DNA of 64,000 bases from Eimeria praecox (lineage: Eukaryota). The stretch lies in the NCBI GenBank assembly GCA_963920595.1, contig OY986947.1, positions 4,278,001-4,342,000 on the forward strand, in the 5' to 3' direction. The notes under the pieces are model-generated. The model was not told the origin of the DNA, made no database searches, and saw only the letters and a program-made list of their open reading frames with translations. Below, one piece after another: positions 25,377 to 37,832 of the stretch. The position numbers and the translations under genes are program-made. Numbering within the stretch: the stretch's first letter is position 1; each line of letters opens with the position of its first letter.

Positions 25377-26619
25377 TTACGTGATGTTAGTACTCGTATC
25401 CCCACTTGCTAGCAGGCTCACTACGGAGGTGCGAGGAAGTGTTTAAAGATACTCTAAACTACAGTCTACAATACTAGCGCATGCAGCTAAGGGGCACTGA
25501 TTATGCTGCAAGCATGAGGGGCTCCCTTGCAGCAGTTGCTGCAGGAAAGTGTGCTCCAGCCCATGACAGGCCTGTCTTTATCCCCACCAGCCTACGCTGT
25601 TGGGAATCCGACGAGGCTTGGAGGCTGGAGTGTGGGCTAACTGCTTTCTAGGAGCCATTTCTTTATGTGTTTGAACCTGCTGCAGCTTGTGAGGGTGCAC
25701 AGCTAAGATGGAAGACGCTAAACTTGGTAGCATCGTGGGAGCATCGTGGTTCACCGGGGTGTGCGAGCAGCAACGACCCCAGCGGCCCTGCACCGAAGCT
25801 TAGCGTATAGCAATAACCGGTGAAAAATAGAATAAAACTATGCAAAAGAAACCCTAAGCGTCCATTGGGAAAATGTTGAGGAAAGCTTCAGCCTTTTCCC
25901 GTCCCATAGTGAAGATTGATCATGATACACATACGGGTGAGGAGGCAGCCTGCGGCCAGGACCCTGGACGAGCAAAAACAAGTTCGGTTTCCGTATCCCA
26001 CCCGGTGGAAAGTGCACTTTCACCAAGAACAATTCACGAAGAATGCCTATGCCGAAAATCCAGACACGACAGTTGCCGCAATGCGGAGGCAGTAGCAGAG
26101 TTCCTTAGTTCCCTCAATTTATACCTTCGTCTTCAAAACGCACCGTAAGTTCTGCAAAAGGTATTGGCACCTTCTCTTTCAGAAGGAGGCGCACGGCAGT
26201 GGCCGCTGCACCTGCTCAAAGACTCCAATTTGTTCTCTTTTCCAGGAAGACAGCAGGACCATGAAAGCCTCCCCCGATGTTGGGCCATACAGTTTCATTG
26301 CCAGGTAACAGGCCTTAGGGGAAATGAGAAAGGTCAAGCAAGGGGAGTTGCCTGTACAACTTTGCATCGAGAAGCATTAGTCATTGGCAAACAACAGTCC
26401 AGCATTACACCGGAAGCTCATGTAAGATTGATTCATCGCAAAGCTGTCCCGTGGAGGCAGGCGATCAGTTATCGGCTGGGAAGCAAACAGGGATTTAAAG
26501 CGTAATTGGCCATGCCCACATTATCCCAGAAAGGTATTGAAAGTATCAACCGACTGCGACAGCAGCCAGCGACATCGGCGGCCAGACAGCCGGCAGGGCG
26601 TAAGGAGCCGCGTATTTAT

Positions 26620-29350
26620 ATTTACTTGTGTTTGCAATAAACAGGCTCACATGACCAGTGGCCTTAACCTTTTCCATGCATACGCATGACAAGGGCTAAG
26701 GTGTATACCGTTTAGCCGGGAAAGCAAATAAAACGGACAGGGATGTGCCTGAGCCCCCACGCAAAGTGCGACTCTGTGGTGGATCCGAAAGTGATAACAG
26801 CGCCACCGACAAATCCTCCTTGAGTTTGTTCTATCCTTATCCAAGGTAGCCGTGATGTTCAGGAGTTGCTAGCGCTACTTGACACAGGCGCTGATCTGAA
26901 TCTGATATCTAAGGCTCTGGCGAGGAGATGCAACATACCACTTCCATCAGTGGAGCAGTTTCTGCGACTATGTTTTGCGAATGGCAGTTGGGTATTGAGG
27001 ACTGGCAAGACAATGGGCGTCAAATATTAGTTTTACTCAGAAATTGATGATATTACTATAGAATGGGAGTTCTATCTTGGACCAGCTGACCACGGAATAA
27101 TCATCGACATGTCGTGTGTGACTCAGTGGAAGGCCGCCACACGGCACTACTGAGCCATATATCTGGGATTCGATGAGAGAATGGACTTCCTATCCCAACA
27201 GGCCTACATGAAAAGGAGAAACGACTTAGTTGGATGGGGAAAGAAGAAGAACCCGCCAGAAGCTTCATCGAGCACCTGACGTCATCTCCAGTATTTGCGC
27301 TCCGTGATTTCGAGAAGCATTTCTTCCTAACTAACGATGCAGTGACACAGCAGTTAGGTTCATGCCCTCTCAACAGGCTAATGACTGGCAATATCACCAA
27401 GTAATTACCTACCAGTAACGCTGCTCCACGGAAAGGAAGCCGAAGTATATGATACTTGAGAGGGAGCTTTATGCGCTTTGGTGAGGTGTAATGCCAGTTA
27501 CTTATGTGGCAGCCATTTCACTTTTCAAGATGGCCACCAATCCCCGACACACCTGAAGGGGAGTCTTCAAGGCTATATTGATGAAAGGGTTGTTAGGCGG
27601 CTTCGCCAGCGCATGAAGCAGGACTTCACAGCCGTCTATACGAAGGCTATCATTAGCATGGCCGCTGATGCCCTCTCTCTCTTGAAGCCCTGCTGTTCAG
27701 GCATTGAACTCTGGAGCTGCGTTTGGCTGTGATGAAGCGCCTTTTCGCTCAACATTGCTTTCTTCTTCCTCCTTACGTGCCAGCGGGGAAAGGAAGACCC
27801 TGTTGAGCGTGACTCTAGTCCGACTTTGTCGAAGGACTTGTGGGCTGTAGCATAGGGGAGAGCTTTACCGATAGTGAAATACCAATGCCAGCAGTGTCGT
27901 TTTACTTATTTCGCCAAGTTGAGATGCGCTGCGGCAGTTCTTGCATAACTCAACAGCGGACGAAGGGTTAAGCATTACAGCGTAGGTGCTGATAACCTTT
28001 GGTGCCGAATGATTCAGCCAGCGATTCTGCAAAGGGTGCTTGGTCATGCTTCAGCGGGGGGGAGGTGCATCAACGCAACGGTGGAGAGGGCGGCCAGATA
28101 TTTTTGATGGTCTAGGATTAGCCCCTCAACCTTTAGATGCTGGCATTCTGGACAGGTGAGGGATATGTCCTCACCTTTCTGGAACGCCTGCATTTAACTG
28201 CGCTTCACGCTCAAGCCCAGACTTCTGTAGGGCGTTCCAACGCTCCCTACAGATATATCAGTGGATTGTATTCTGACAATACCATTAATGGGGTACTCAT
28301 TGATACAATCTACGTTCTCGGGCATGAGTTCACCACCGTGCCCGCCTTGAGCGCAGTTACAGCAGAGCGAGTGGCCAAAATTTCCCATTAATTATCTTTG
28401 GAAGCTCTACGGTTCCCTATAGAAAGCACCATACGACACTGGAACCCGACGCAGATTACAACCTACTTGTATGAATTCATGAAGCGTCTGCATATCAAAC
28501 ATAATTTGGCAGGAGGAGGAAGAAGATCAGTGAAAACTCCAAGCCCGCCCTGGGAGAGTCTTGCGCTACGAGCATTTAATCAAAGTACCGTGATTTCCTC
28601 GCTGGTGCGAAGCTGGTTCATAATAGAATAGTGCATTCTTCGACCCGTTGCTACCCATCTTGCCTGGCCCACACCAAAAGGTTGTTGTGTATCAGGAATA
28701 TTGACCTGATCGCTGGCCACCTGCCGCCTAGGCCCGCAATTGCTGTGTTATAAACACACATTACAGCCGCTCAGGAATGCATAAATAATGCACCACAGCG
28801 TCTTCCAAGGCACTAAAAAAAGACGTTTCACAGTCACTTTCAACTCTGTTTCCTTGGTTTCAGTGGACTCACGTGCTCGTCGAGACATGAAGGAAGGCAA
28901 GTGCCCCAAGGTTTCCACGCGTTGAACAAGGGATGCAACTTATCGTCCTCGGCTTAGTGCATTTAAATCCATCATTGGCTGATTCATATCGTAAAGGGGT
29001 TACTTTTCCTTGAGTGCAATTTCCTAGATGGGTCAGTTAATCCCCAGACCTTCTCTGAACCTTCCCTATAAAAACGCAGTCACTGCTTCGAAAGAGCAGC
29101 TGGAGGAGCCCAAGCTCTTCGACAGACGTGCAGCGAAGGCTCACATAGGCCAGAGAAAAGAGAAAATATTGCAATGCCAGCCCAGAGACCGGCCCCGCGA
29201 CTGAGTTTCCTAGGCATGCGTGAGCGAAATGCTTTCTATGGAGCATTGACGTGGTCACGTAGATTGAGCGTCGGCGACTACTGTTGCAGATATGAGCAGA
29301 TAGGCTTTAATTTTAGCCAAATCCACCATTTGGGAACCGTTGCTGTGTCA
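26620..29350 (+). mobile_element. Degenerate Ty3/Gypsy (chromovirus-like) LTR retrotransposon gag-pol relic
   Basis: Protease LLALLDTGADLNLIS (Asp codon 26881). Connection/RNase H WMGKEEE..LTSSPVFALRDFEKHFFLTNDA, ERELYAL, YLCGSHF..DGHQS, MAADALS (27230-27680). Integrase H..AGG..TVERAARYF*W and VPALSAVTAERVAKI..EFMKRLHIKH (28020-28510). Possible zinc knuckle CNKQAH (~26630) and chromodomain trace STIWEPL (~29330). Stops and frameshifts throughout. Confidence 0.85.
27781..27912 (+). pseudogene. Diverged fragment of nuclear 28S (LSU) rRNA, domain V region
   Basis: CAGCGGGGAAAG(G)AAGACCCTGTTGAGC(G)TGACTCTAGTCCGACTTTGT...GTAGCATAGG...GTGAAATACCA...TTTTACTTATT matches the conserved eukaryotic LSU sequence, with substitutions at normally invariant sites. 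No flanking rDNA. Confidence 0.9.
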
Positions 29351-32117
29351 CGTTTAAAGAGTAGCTGGTATCGTCGTGTGCGTTTGCTCTTCGCTCCCTA
29401 TCACGTTTCTGCCCTGAGCTGCTGGCTTGTCTCTCCCTAGAGATATTTCTCTGCAGCCGCCAACACATCCACTAATTTCGCATGTTTGTGCTGCGCCCCT
29501 CTTCTGGATGCGGCTTGACCCCCGAACTCCTGCATTAGTGTTCGGCTCTGGCTCCGGTTCACTGAATATTCCTCAACAGATTGATGCTGCATCAAAAAGT
29601 TGACATCCAACTGAGTCCAAGGCACAGACCTATAAACGGCCTGTGGCCGCGCCCGACAATTTGAAGAAGCATCTCCATACGTTGCTCGTTCCCCTGTGGC
29701 CAATTATCTTTTTTCTCCTTCGTTTTCCGGGCGACCATGCACACGAGGCCGTGCGCTGCTATGGAAGCAGGGAGAGGAGGGAGGTTGAGGAAGGGTTCCA
29801 GATGTAATATGGTTTGTCTGAAGCTAGTGAGTTTAATTTTGCTTGGGCAGACTGTCTACTGATGGTCAACGTGGCTCTTAACGATTGTGCACAACCTCAC
29901 TGCACGCGGCAAAATGGGCTAGGCTGTGCTTGCATGTGGATATGCCTTGGAGCTCTAGTTGCCGAAGGGTGCGTTGAACCCAATCATCATCAAACGGCAT
30001 CAACCGCATCAACCCGAGGCCCTTCGGGTCGCTGTTTTCATATGATTCCTAGGGATTGCTCAGGTTGCCACCTTATTTGCAGGGAACTCTTATCCTACGC
30101 CTTTAGATCCGTTGAAGCTCGGGTCGGTCCTCAGCTAAGGTCAGGGAACTAGGTACGGTTACAAGGCATACCCTCATGCAAGGGTGGCTAAGCAACATTT
30201 GTGATTTATGGAGTACCACAGTAGACGTTACTCGATATTTAGAGGGCGAACAGTATCCAGCTGGCAAGCAATGGAACAGTATGCATGCCAACTTCATGCA
30301 GGCCCTTCATCGTACGTCTCAAGTTTGCACTTTCACATCTGCTTTACCCCAGGTTGGATACTGGCGGTCTCGCAAGTGTTCAAAAGATGCCTCCAATGTT
30401 TGTGTATGCCCTGGAAGACGGCTTCGCCCCTGCATGTAGAGCCACCTTGCAGCAGGAGTTGTAACACGCACCAGCGCCACGTCCTTATGCTGGTGCGCCC
30501 CCGATGCCTGGACTCTGAAGCGGACATAAGCTCTTCTAGGAAGACTTCCTAGCGCAGCTCTTATCGGCCCTCAGTTAAGACGTAGGACCCTGGCCTCACG
30601 ATGCTGCAGCTACCGTAGCGTGCATCCTCAATATTAGCTGAGGATCTGCAATCCAGGTACTGACTTACGGAAAGAGTCCACCCCAATTAAGTAAGCTCGC
30701 CTTTAGCCTCAAGGCGCCCTGGGCACTTGAGCTCTAGGGCCTGGGGATGAATGATGCGGGCACTAGTGGGTCTTGGTCTTGAGCTGCAAGGCAGCCAGAG
30801 CCACACTTGCAGCAGACCTTACCTTCTGCAATAAGCATTAGCATTGTATACTGTAGTGCGTGTGTGTGTTAAAAGCTCACTTGGTCCTCCATACCCAGAC
30901 TGAGAAAAAGAAGGTATACGACACCATAGATCATACACTCAGCTAGTGTAGCCCCAAGAGCCTGAACCACTGTAACGGATTCATGGAGGTATAAAGGGTA
31001 TCATACTCGTTTTTAAGTAATTCTACGGCCTTTTTACTTAGCTGGAGCGCACAGGAGCTTGGGTTAAAGCCCTTGACCCCTAGCCCAGAGATGACGCAAG
31101 AATGGTGAGGGCCGCAACACCGGGAGAAGCGCAGCAGGATTCACAACTCCGCTATCTCAGCGCAACTCCTTAAAACATAGAAAAGATGAGCATATCTGAC
31201 GGTAATATAAAGCAGTTTTTTATTAACCAACGGTCAAGCCCCAGATAAGGCTCGGTTGCGGGGTGCAACATCACGCCCCACGTACGGGGCTGAACGGGCT
31301 GTCATGGGAGCTGTGCTGGGCTCCACAGCATTCTAGGCTTATGAGCTATCAAAAGTTTTGCGGTCTGGCCTTCGCACGTGCGTCTTCTCGTTATCAATGA
31401 ACTAGTGAAGGCAAGTCAAAGTCGAGCAGTTTAGCAGGGGGACTTTCTGTAGGAGAACAGCCCGAGGCATGCTTTTCGGAAGTGTGGGGTAGTTGCATGT
31501 TTTCTTTTTACGGTGTTTCTAGGCGGCCGATTTCCTCTTGTTTTATCCAATCACTTTTTCTATCTGCATATCAATAGGGAACGGATCCGTAGGCACCCTT
31601 GCTAACCGTCTGCGAGGGCGGCAAGGATCAGCTGTTGCCCGATCAACGACGGTGTGCTTGCCAGTACTGTGTCTTCCGCCGGCACAAACCACATATTATT
31701 GCAATGTAGTAAAGTCTTTATGGACAGTTCGTGAATATCCTGCGCACTACACTACTATGCTGTGTTGTTCCACGGAGACGATGGGGCTTGGGTCAATCGC
31801 GGTTGTGGCTTTGGAGTTTCGAACGAAGACTGACAGATACACGGGGAGGCGGCCGTTTAGCGGCGAGCAGAGGTTTACAGCGCTGTTTCTGTTGTTGGCA
31901 TAGACGGGCACTGTGTCTCTGCCGACGGACGTGGGCAGTTGTTTGCCCGGTGTTTCGAAAGGAATCGCGGAGCATGCGCACATGTTGGAGCTGTTTGTGT
32001 GCATGGTGTAACCATCCTGCGCTTGTGTGCATACACATGAGAATTCACAGCTGGATGATTCCTGTGAAAGGGGGTCAAAGTGCTCACGGAGTTCTGTTTG
32101 CTGTTTCGGTGCTGCAG

Positions 32118-32639
32118 ATGGTGCGCATGTCCGTTTTAGCCGACTGCCTCAAGACGATCGTCAACGCAGAGAAGCGGGGACGCCGTCAGGTGCTCATTCG
32201 ACCCTCAAGCAAGGTGGTGGTCAAGTTTCTGCAGTGCATGCAGAGACGTGGCTACATCGGCGAATTCGAAATTATTGATGACCACCGAGCGAAGAAGATT
32301 GTTGTGGACTTGCTGGGACGCATCAACAAGTGCGGTGTGATCAGCCCGAGGTAACTTAATGGATATGCAGTGTCTTTTGCTACGATATGGGGGGGTTGCA
32401 GCGAAGTGCTCTGCTTTGGGGTCGAATGGGGATCTGCAGCAGAGTGCTGGCACACTTTTGTTGTGTGGTTTATTTTCAGGTACGATGTGACAGTAGCTAA
32501 CATTGAAAAGTACTGCTCGAACTTGCTGCCTTCTCGCCAGTTCGGCCATTTGGTGCTTACGACGGCGTATGGCATCATGGACCATGAGGAGGCCCGCAGA
32601 AAACACACCGGAGGGAAGATCCTCGGGTTCTTCTTCTGA
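32118..32639 (+). CDS. RPS15A: 40S ribosomal protein S15a (uS8); exons 32118-32350, 32480-32639
   Basis: [34 protein letters not shown]...[13 protein letters not shown]...LLPSRQFG...[21 protein letters not shown]. The ATG directly follows a tgcag acceptor, so a 5'UTR intron is likely. Confidence 0.97.
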
Positions 32640-33161
32640 GTTGACTCATATGTAGGGGGCGTTGTCGTTGGGCCGCGCTTCCCAACGTCCACGGCAGGGG
32701 GTGCGCAACTGTTTTTGTTTGCTATCCTAGCGACGCTCTCAGTTGCGCTTGGTGGAGGTTTTCAGTGGACAGGAATTATCTTAAGTTTTCGGCAAACGCT
32801 TTACTCTACCCAGCGTTTCCTTCCTTAGTGTGCCTCACACAGGCGACTCGCAACGGGCTGCGCAGCTTAGCCAAACAGGACAATTCACGAAAAGCACCCG
32901 GTTGCGTGGCGCTCCCAGCAGTCCCCAGTTGAAAAGTCATTTTGGTGGGAGAATATTGCTATATGCAGCCTAAGCTGGTGACGTAGTGCGTAGTTTGAAG
33001 GGAAACGCTCTAACCAGTGGTCAGCATTCGCTCACAGTTGCTCATAGAGCACCGAAAGCGACGCCGGGGTACCTCCAGTTTAGAACGGGCGCATCTATGC
33101 TTCTCATTGAGGGGTTACTTAACATCTAGCGCACATTGGCGAATCGGGTAGTCCCCGTACC

Positions 33162-35355
33162 TTAGGTGCAGCTCTCGGTTACTCGACAATGGGGCACCCT
33201 CAGCGACCTAAACAAAAGGACAACTAGGGGGAGTAGTTGCTCGTACACTGTGAACATTATCGCTGACGACAGCAACGTGGCCGTGAGCTTCGAGGGCAGG
33301 CCGGCAAAGAGACCTGGCAGGCCTTCCGTCTCGAGGATCGTGATCAGGCTTCGAACGCTAGCTGAGAGGAACGCAGAGGAACGTAATACGATGAAATTAT
33401 ACGTAGGAGTTATCCTGGTGATGACTGACTGGGCTATTGTAGCTGGTAGTCCCCAGGGCGGAAAGCTGGTTACTGATTTTGTCTACTCCCTAGTCATTCT
33501 TACATGAGTAATCCTTGACGTTATATACTTTGCTCTGTGCTCGCGTCTTGACCACGAGATATGGATAAGTCACAAGGGTCGCCGCCAGCTTTGCAGTCAG
33601 TCCTAAGCCACACTCGCAGACGAACAGCTGCCATATCCACTCACACGGAATGCAACTGCACGCCGCACAATACAGAAACGGTAGGCCATGCCGTGACTAC
33701 ATGAATATCCGGATACAGATGCGTGCACAAGATATATTTGATTGTACGAGGAAGAAACGTACCCATGAGGAACGATTCAGCCGGTGTTACGCGAACTCGG
33801 AGCAGTCTGTCGGAAACTAGAGACCCAGTGCTGCTGTATTGGCTGCTGAGGGAATTCGAAGAAGACTCTCGGGAGGTGGTGCGCCATCTCTGTTAGAAAC
33901 GCAACCAAAAAAGCACTTAAATGCCAACTGCAACGCAGAAATGAGTGGTAGAGAGTATAAGCAACGCTTGTGATTCATCAAGGGAGGCTATTAGCCAACC
34001 TGTTTGAGCTGCATTAGTTTAACCCGCAAGTGGTCATAGAGCGTGAACTGAATAGCAGGATTTAAAACTAGAACTAGAGCTGGCACAATCCCAGCAAGCC
34101 ATCCGCGAAAACCTTCCTTGCGCAGGATCTCTATTAGCATCTTGAAGATCCCCTGAAGTGCTCCAAAGAGCAAAAATCTCGCAGCACGGACGTGGGCTCT
34201 TAACTGATGAGCTGTTTGACCCACCTGGGTGCTCCTGCTCTTACTTACACTATTTACTGCTGATGAAAAGTGAACAGCTCAAAGCATACCTGTTCTTTTG
34301 TCCCCGCGGAGAAGTCAACCTTAAGGCGAGTATTGGCAACCCAGACTGCAAGCGAACACAATGCAGTACTCAGCATCCACCTGCCCACCAACGGCGACAG
34401 TTTTCAAGCATCCTTTTGTCCCCTGATTCTGTAGTTTGCAGGACTCCCTAAGTCTACAATGTTGTGCAGCCCTTACATGGATTGCTTATGACAGTAGAGC
34501 AAATCCCGGCACCGATTGCCATAGGAAGATTTGTGCCAGTTTTAGCCTTTGGACCTCTGCTGCGGCATGAAAAGTCAGACGCCCACGTTGCAAGAGAACT
34601 TGCCTACTTTAGTAGACTGCGTTACCAGCATACAGATATTTCAGCAAACAAGTAAAGCCCCACCGGTTTTTTTCTTTCTGCTTTGCCAGTGTGTAAACGA
34701 AGAAGTAGGTGCCCCAGCTAAAGACAACTCCTGCAAGGGCCGCCTTCATCCCTCGATACAGGCGCCTCCAGCCACCATGGCGCAAGTGAAGCTTTGCAAC
34801 ATCCCAGGCTGATCCACCTTGTACGGATTGGATGGTGCGGAGAGAGTCCAAGGGGTAAACTACTGCCATAGCTACGACAGCTCCTGCTGCCCCAGCTACC
34901 GTATGAAGGAACGCATGCGTTGCATCGCTCATTCGCGGTGATGCTGTGGCAGCAACAGCTGCTGCTAGTGCTGCTGCAGTTCTAGCATCGTCAGCACGGT
35001 TGGAGGTGTTAGCTCTCTGCGTCATCCAATGGCCACCAACGTCATTTGATTCGAATTGTCCCGAAACGGAAGTCCTGTGGACCCCAGGAATAAGAAAATG
35101 GAGGACTCGCTTTCTCGATTCGCTTGACTTGGAACGTCGCAGTTGCCGCTTCCAAGCAGGAAGTAGCGCCTCTGGATCCGCCGAGGCCATTCTCTCACCT
35201 ACTGTTGAAATCCTGGTGAGGGTAGGGGTTGGGTGGATTGGGATGGGAGATACAAACACTGGCATATTTTCGAGCTCTTCATCTGCTGCTTCAATAGATT
35301 GCATTTCTTCAGTTTTGGATAAGCTGCGACGCGCCATTGGACCCTCTGCCGTCAA
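33162..35355 (-). CDS. Mitochondrial-carrier-family (SLC25) protein, peroxisomal PMP34/SLC25A17-like (multi-exon)
   Basis: Carrier repeats AGAAGAVVAMAVVYPLDSLRT..LYRGM, EGFRGWLAGIVPALVLVLNPAIQFTLYD, KLAATLVTYPYLVVKTR, and EGLPGLFAGLPSKL..AIMFTVYEQ. Stop TAA at 33162-33164. LVLVxNPAIQF is typical of PMP34-type carriers. Confidence 0.82.
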
Positions 35356-36959
35356 AGACTTTGGCTTGGTCTTCGTTGAAGTCAGACCTCTGTGAGGCTC
35401 TGTTCAGTCCTGACTAGCCGAGGGTGTTTGTATCTGGAGCCTTTCTCAATGCCGCCTGTAATAATGGGAGGGAAAGGTGCCGGCGGAGGCCGGGAATGTG
35501 CGGGGTTCCCAAGACAGGGCACTCCTAGTTCGCCGGCTGGACGGGAGAGCCAACCAGCTATTCCATGGATTGCTTTTGAAAGCGTGCGTTGAATGCAAAA
35601 TATGCCAAACGTTATGAGTCTGCGATGGCCAAGCAATCAAGTATATCGCCCAACTATACTGATCGGGGGCCACAGGCTTGTAAGCGCGTGGGCTCGGGCA
35701 GCCTGGCTGTGCTAAACAGCAGATTGGTACCCCCAGAAATTCAAGCAGTGCACACAGCTATAGATCTGTAACACGAATGTAAAAGGCAAATGATTTCTCT
35801 TGCAGGATGGACGTCCACGACAGTACATGGCTGTGTGTGGCTGCCGACTCAGTCAGCGGTGACCACCGGTTCCTTCAACCCATATCACTCAAACAGATTC
35901 ACTACATATACCCATACATAGCATGTAAAATTGGTAAAAATAATTAATTTGTTTTACTGACTTAGTAACGATTGTGTAACTTATTTGATGTATGGGGTGG
36001 GCTCTAGCGCAGACGTCATTGCGTGGTCACCCTCATGCCCAACTTTGGACTCTACCGTGCTGCTGACTCATTTGCCTCGATTTGGTACACCCTAGAATAC
36101 ATTTGCATGACTTCTTCTTATCTCCTCAACTATCCCTTACCTAACTAATGCTTACTTCTAGTCTACCGACATCCTTTGCAGCGTTTGCATAAAACCCATG
36201 TCCCTCAATCGCTAGGGAGGCACAGCATTGAGTGTCAAGCCACATGTAAAACTTCCCTCAAATCCAAAAAAATCCCCGCTACAGCTCCCCACTTCATGCA
36301 ACATCGTGGCCCCTTGCAGAGTCAGCCGATTAATTCCTCAGCAATCCCCCCGCACCATACTGCCCCCTGCTCTCCCAACATAGCAGCTACCTCAGTAATG
36401 CTTTGTTTGGAACGGCTCTAGGCCTTCAGGCATACCTTAAAGGCGTTGTACGCTACGTAAACAAAGAATGTAACCGAGTCTAGTGAAAGGAAAGAATTTG
36501 CTCAACAATTACACATGCGTGCCTCAATAAGTCCTCCCTTCGCCATCAAGCGCTTACTGCGACCTGACTTGTCAGTGGCTGGATGACTGTGACACCTTCC
36601 CTCCCATAGTTACCAAGAAGCACTGCACAGTGTACAGTACTGATGCCAAGAGAGTGCAGCCTTGTAAAGCAGTGGATACCTTACGGTATCGCGCCGCTTA
36701 TAAGGCAAGACTCGAATACGCCCGAGAGCAAGCCAGCCAACGAACTGTCAGTACGCATCCAACGGCGTACGCATTCGGCTCGATCGAGCGCAGAAGTAGG
36801 GACCAATACACAAAAAGTTATAACCCATGTGAAGATACAAAACCAAAACTTTTGGAGGGAAGGCGAAAAGGGGCGGGGGGGGCGGGGAAGGCGGGGGTAG
36901 GGGGGGCGGAGAGGAAGGAGGAAGAGAACACCGCTGAAGAGCTTCGAGCTGCTGCTGCA

Positions 36960-37832
36960 TTAGCCAATCAAACCGTTCCACCACTTCCCCATTTTAGATA
37001 TTAGAGAACTTGACTCCTGCAGGCTTGCATTTGTTTGCTCTGCGTGCCGATTCGCTCGCTGGATGCTTTCCCTTTGCATGTACAGGTTGCACAGGATACT
37101 TGCGCCGACCTCCTCAGTTTCTTCGGCGAGTTTCCGCGCATTACCCAGCTGCAGGCAACGGCAACAACCCGCAAACACCTGGCAAGGGTTATGCTGTTTA
37201 GTTGCGGGGAATAGGGGCGCTCATCGAGTTGCTAAGGCCTCACCTGGATATTTGCACTATTTAGCCTTTCCAGAGTGTGGTTTCCGCGTTTAAGGTCGGT
37301 GGAGCCTGATGGTTCGTGCCCACGGGAAGCCCCAAGCAAGCATCTGCAGCGCAAGCATTTACAGGGCAAATGAACAGGAATTTCCCTTGGCAGGACACAT
37401 GACAAAACGGACCACATATCACAGCTTGGCTTCTACTTTGCCTGTTTACAAACCTGCGCTGAAGCCTGGCAAACTCATCACGGCAAGCCTGGAGTTGGTT
37501 TAGATGGCTGCTTCGTTGCGCTGGTGGCATGGAACGCAGTTCCATTTCAAACGCCCCAAGGCAGTCTGCAAAAAGTTGTGCAATCGCATATGCCACTGAG
37601 CCGCGGTCAATGAACTGCAACAGGGCGAAATGAATGCCTCAAAACAGACATCTGTTCCTGGAGCACCTCAGCACCTGCATACTGCATAAGTGTGCTGCAT
37701 AAGCTCGCCTTTGATTTCTCGTAGCTTGGAATCTGCTGCTGTAGATGAATCTGCCCCTGACCCTGCGCTGTCTAGGATGCTCTCCAGGTCAGCGCGCAGG
37801 CTTTGGTACTCTGCCAAGTACTCGTTCAGCAT
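36960..37832 (-). CDS. VTI1: Vti1-like Qb-SNARE (multi-exon)
   Basis: N-terminal EYLAEYQ...FEMELRSMPPAQRS helical domain and SNARE motif LAEETEEVGASILCNLYMQRESIQRA...LQESSSLISKM. Start and 3' end uncertain. Confidence 0.78.

Noticed and set aside
31500..32117. Possible snoRNA in the RPS15A 5'UTR intron (GGATGATT near 32053)
   Set aside because: No matching box D with a terminal stem could be identified.
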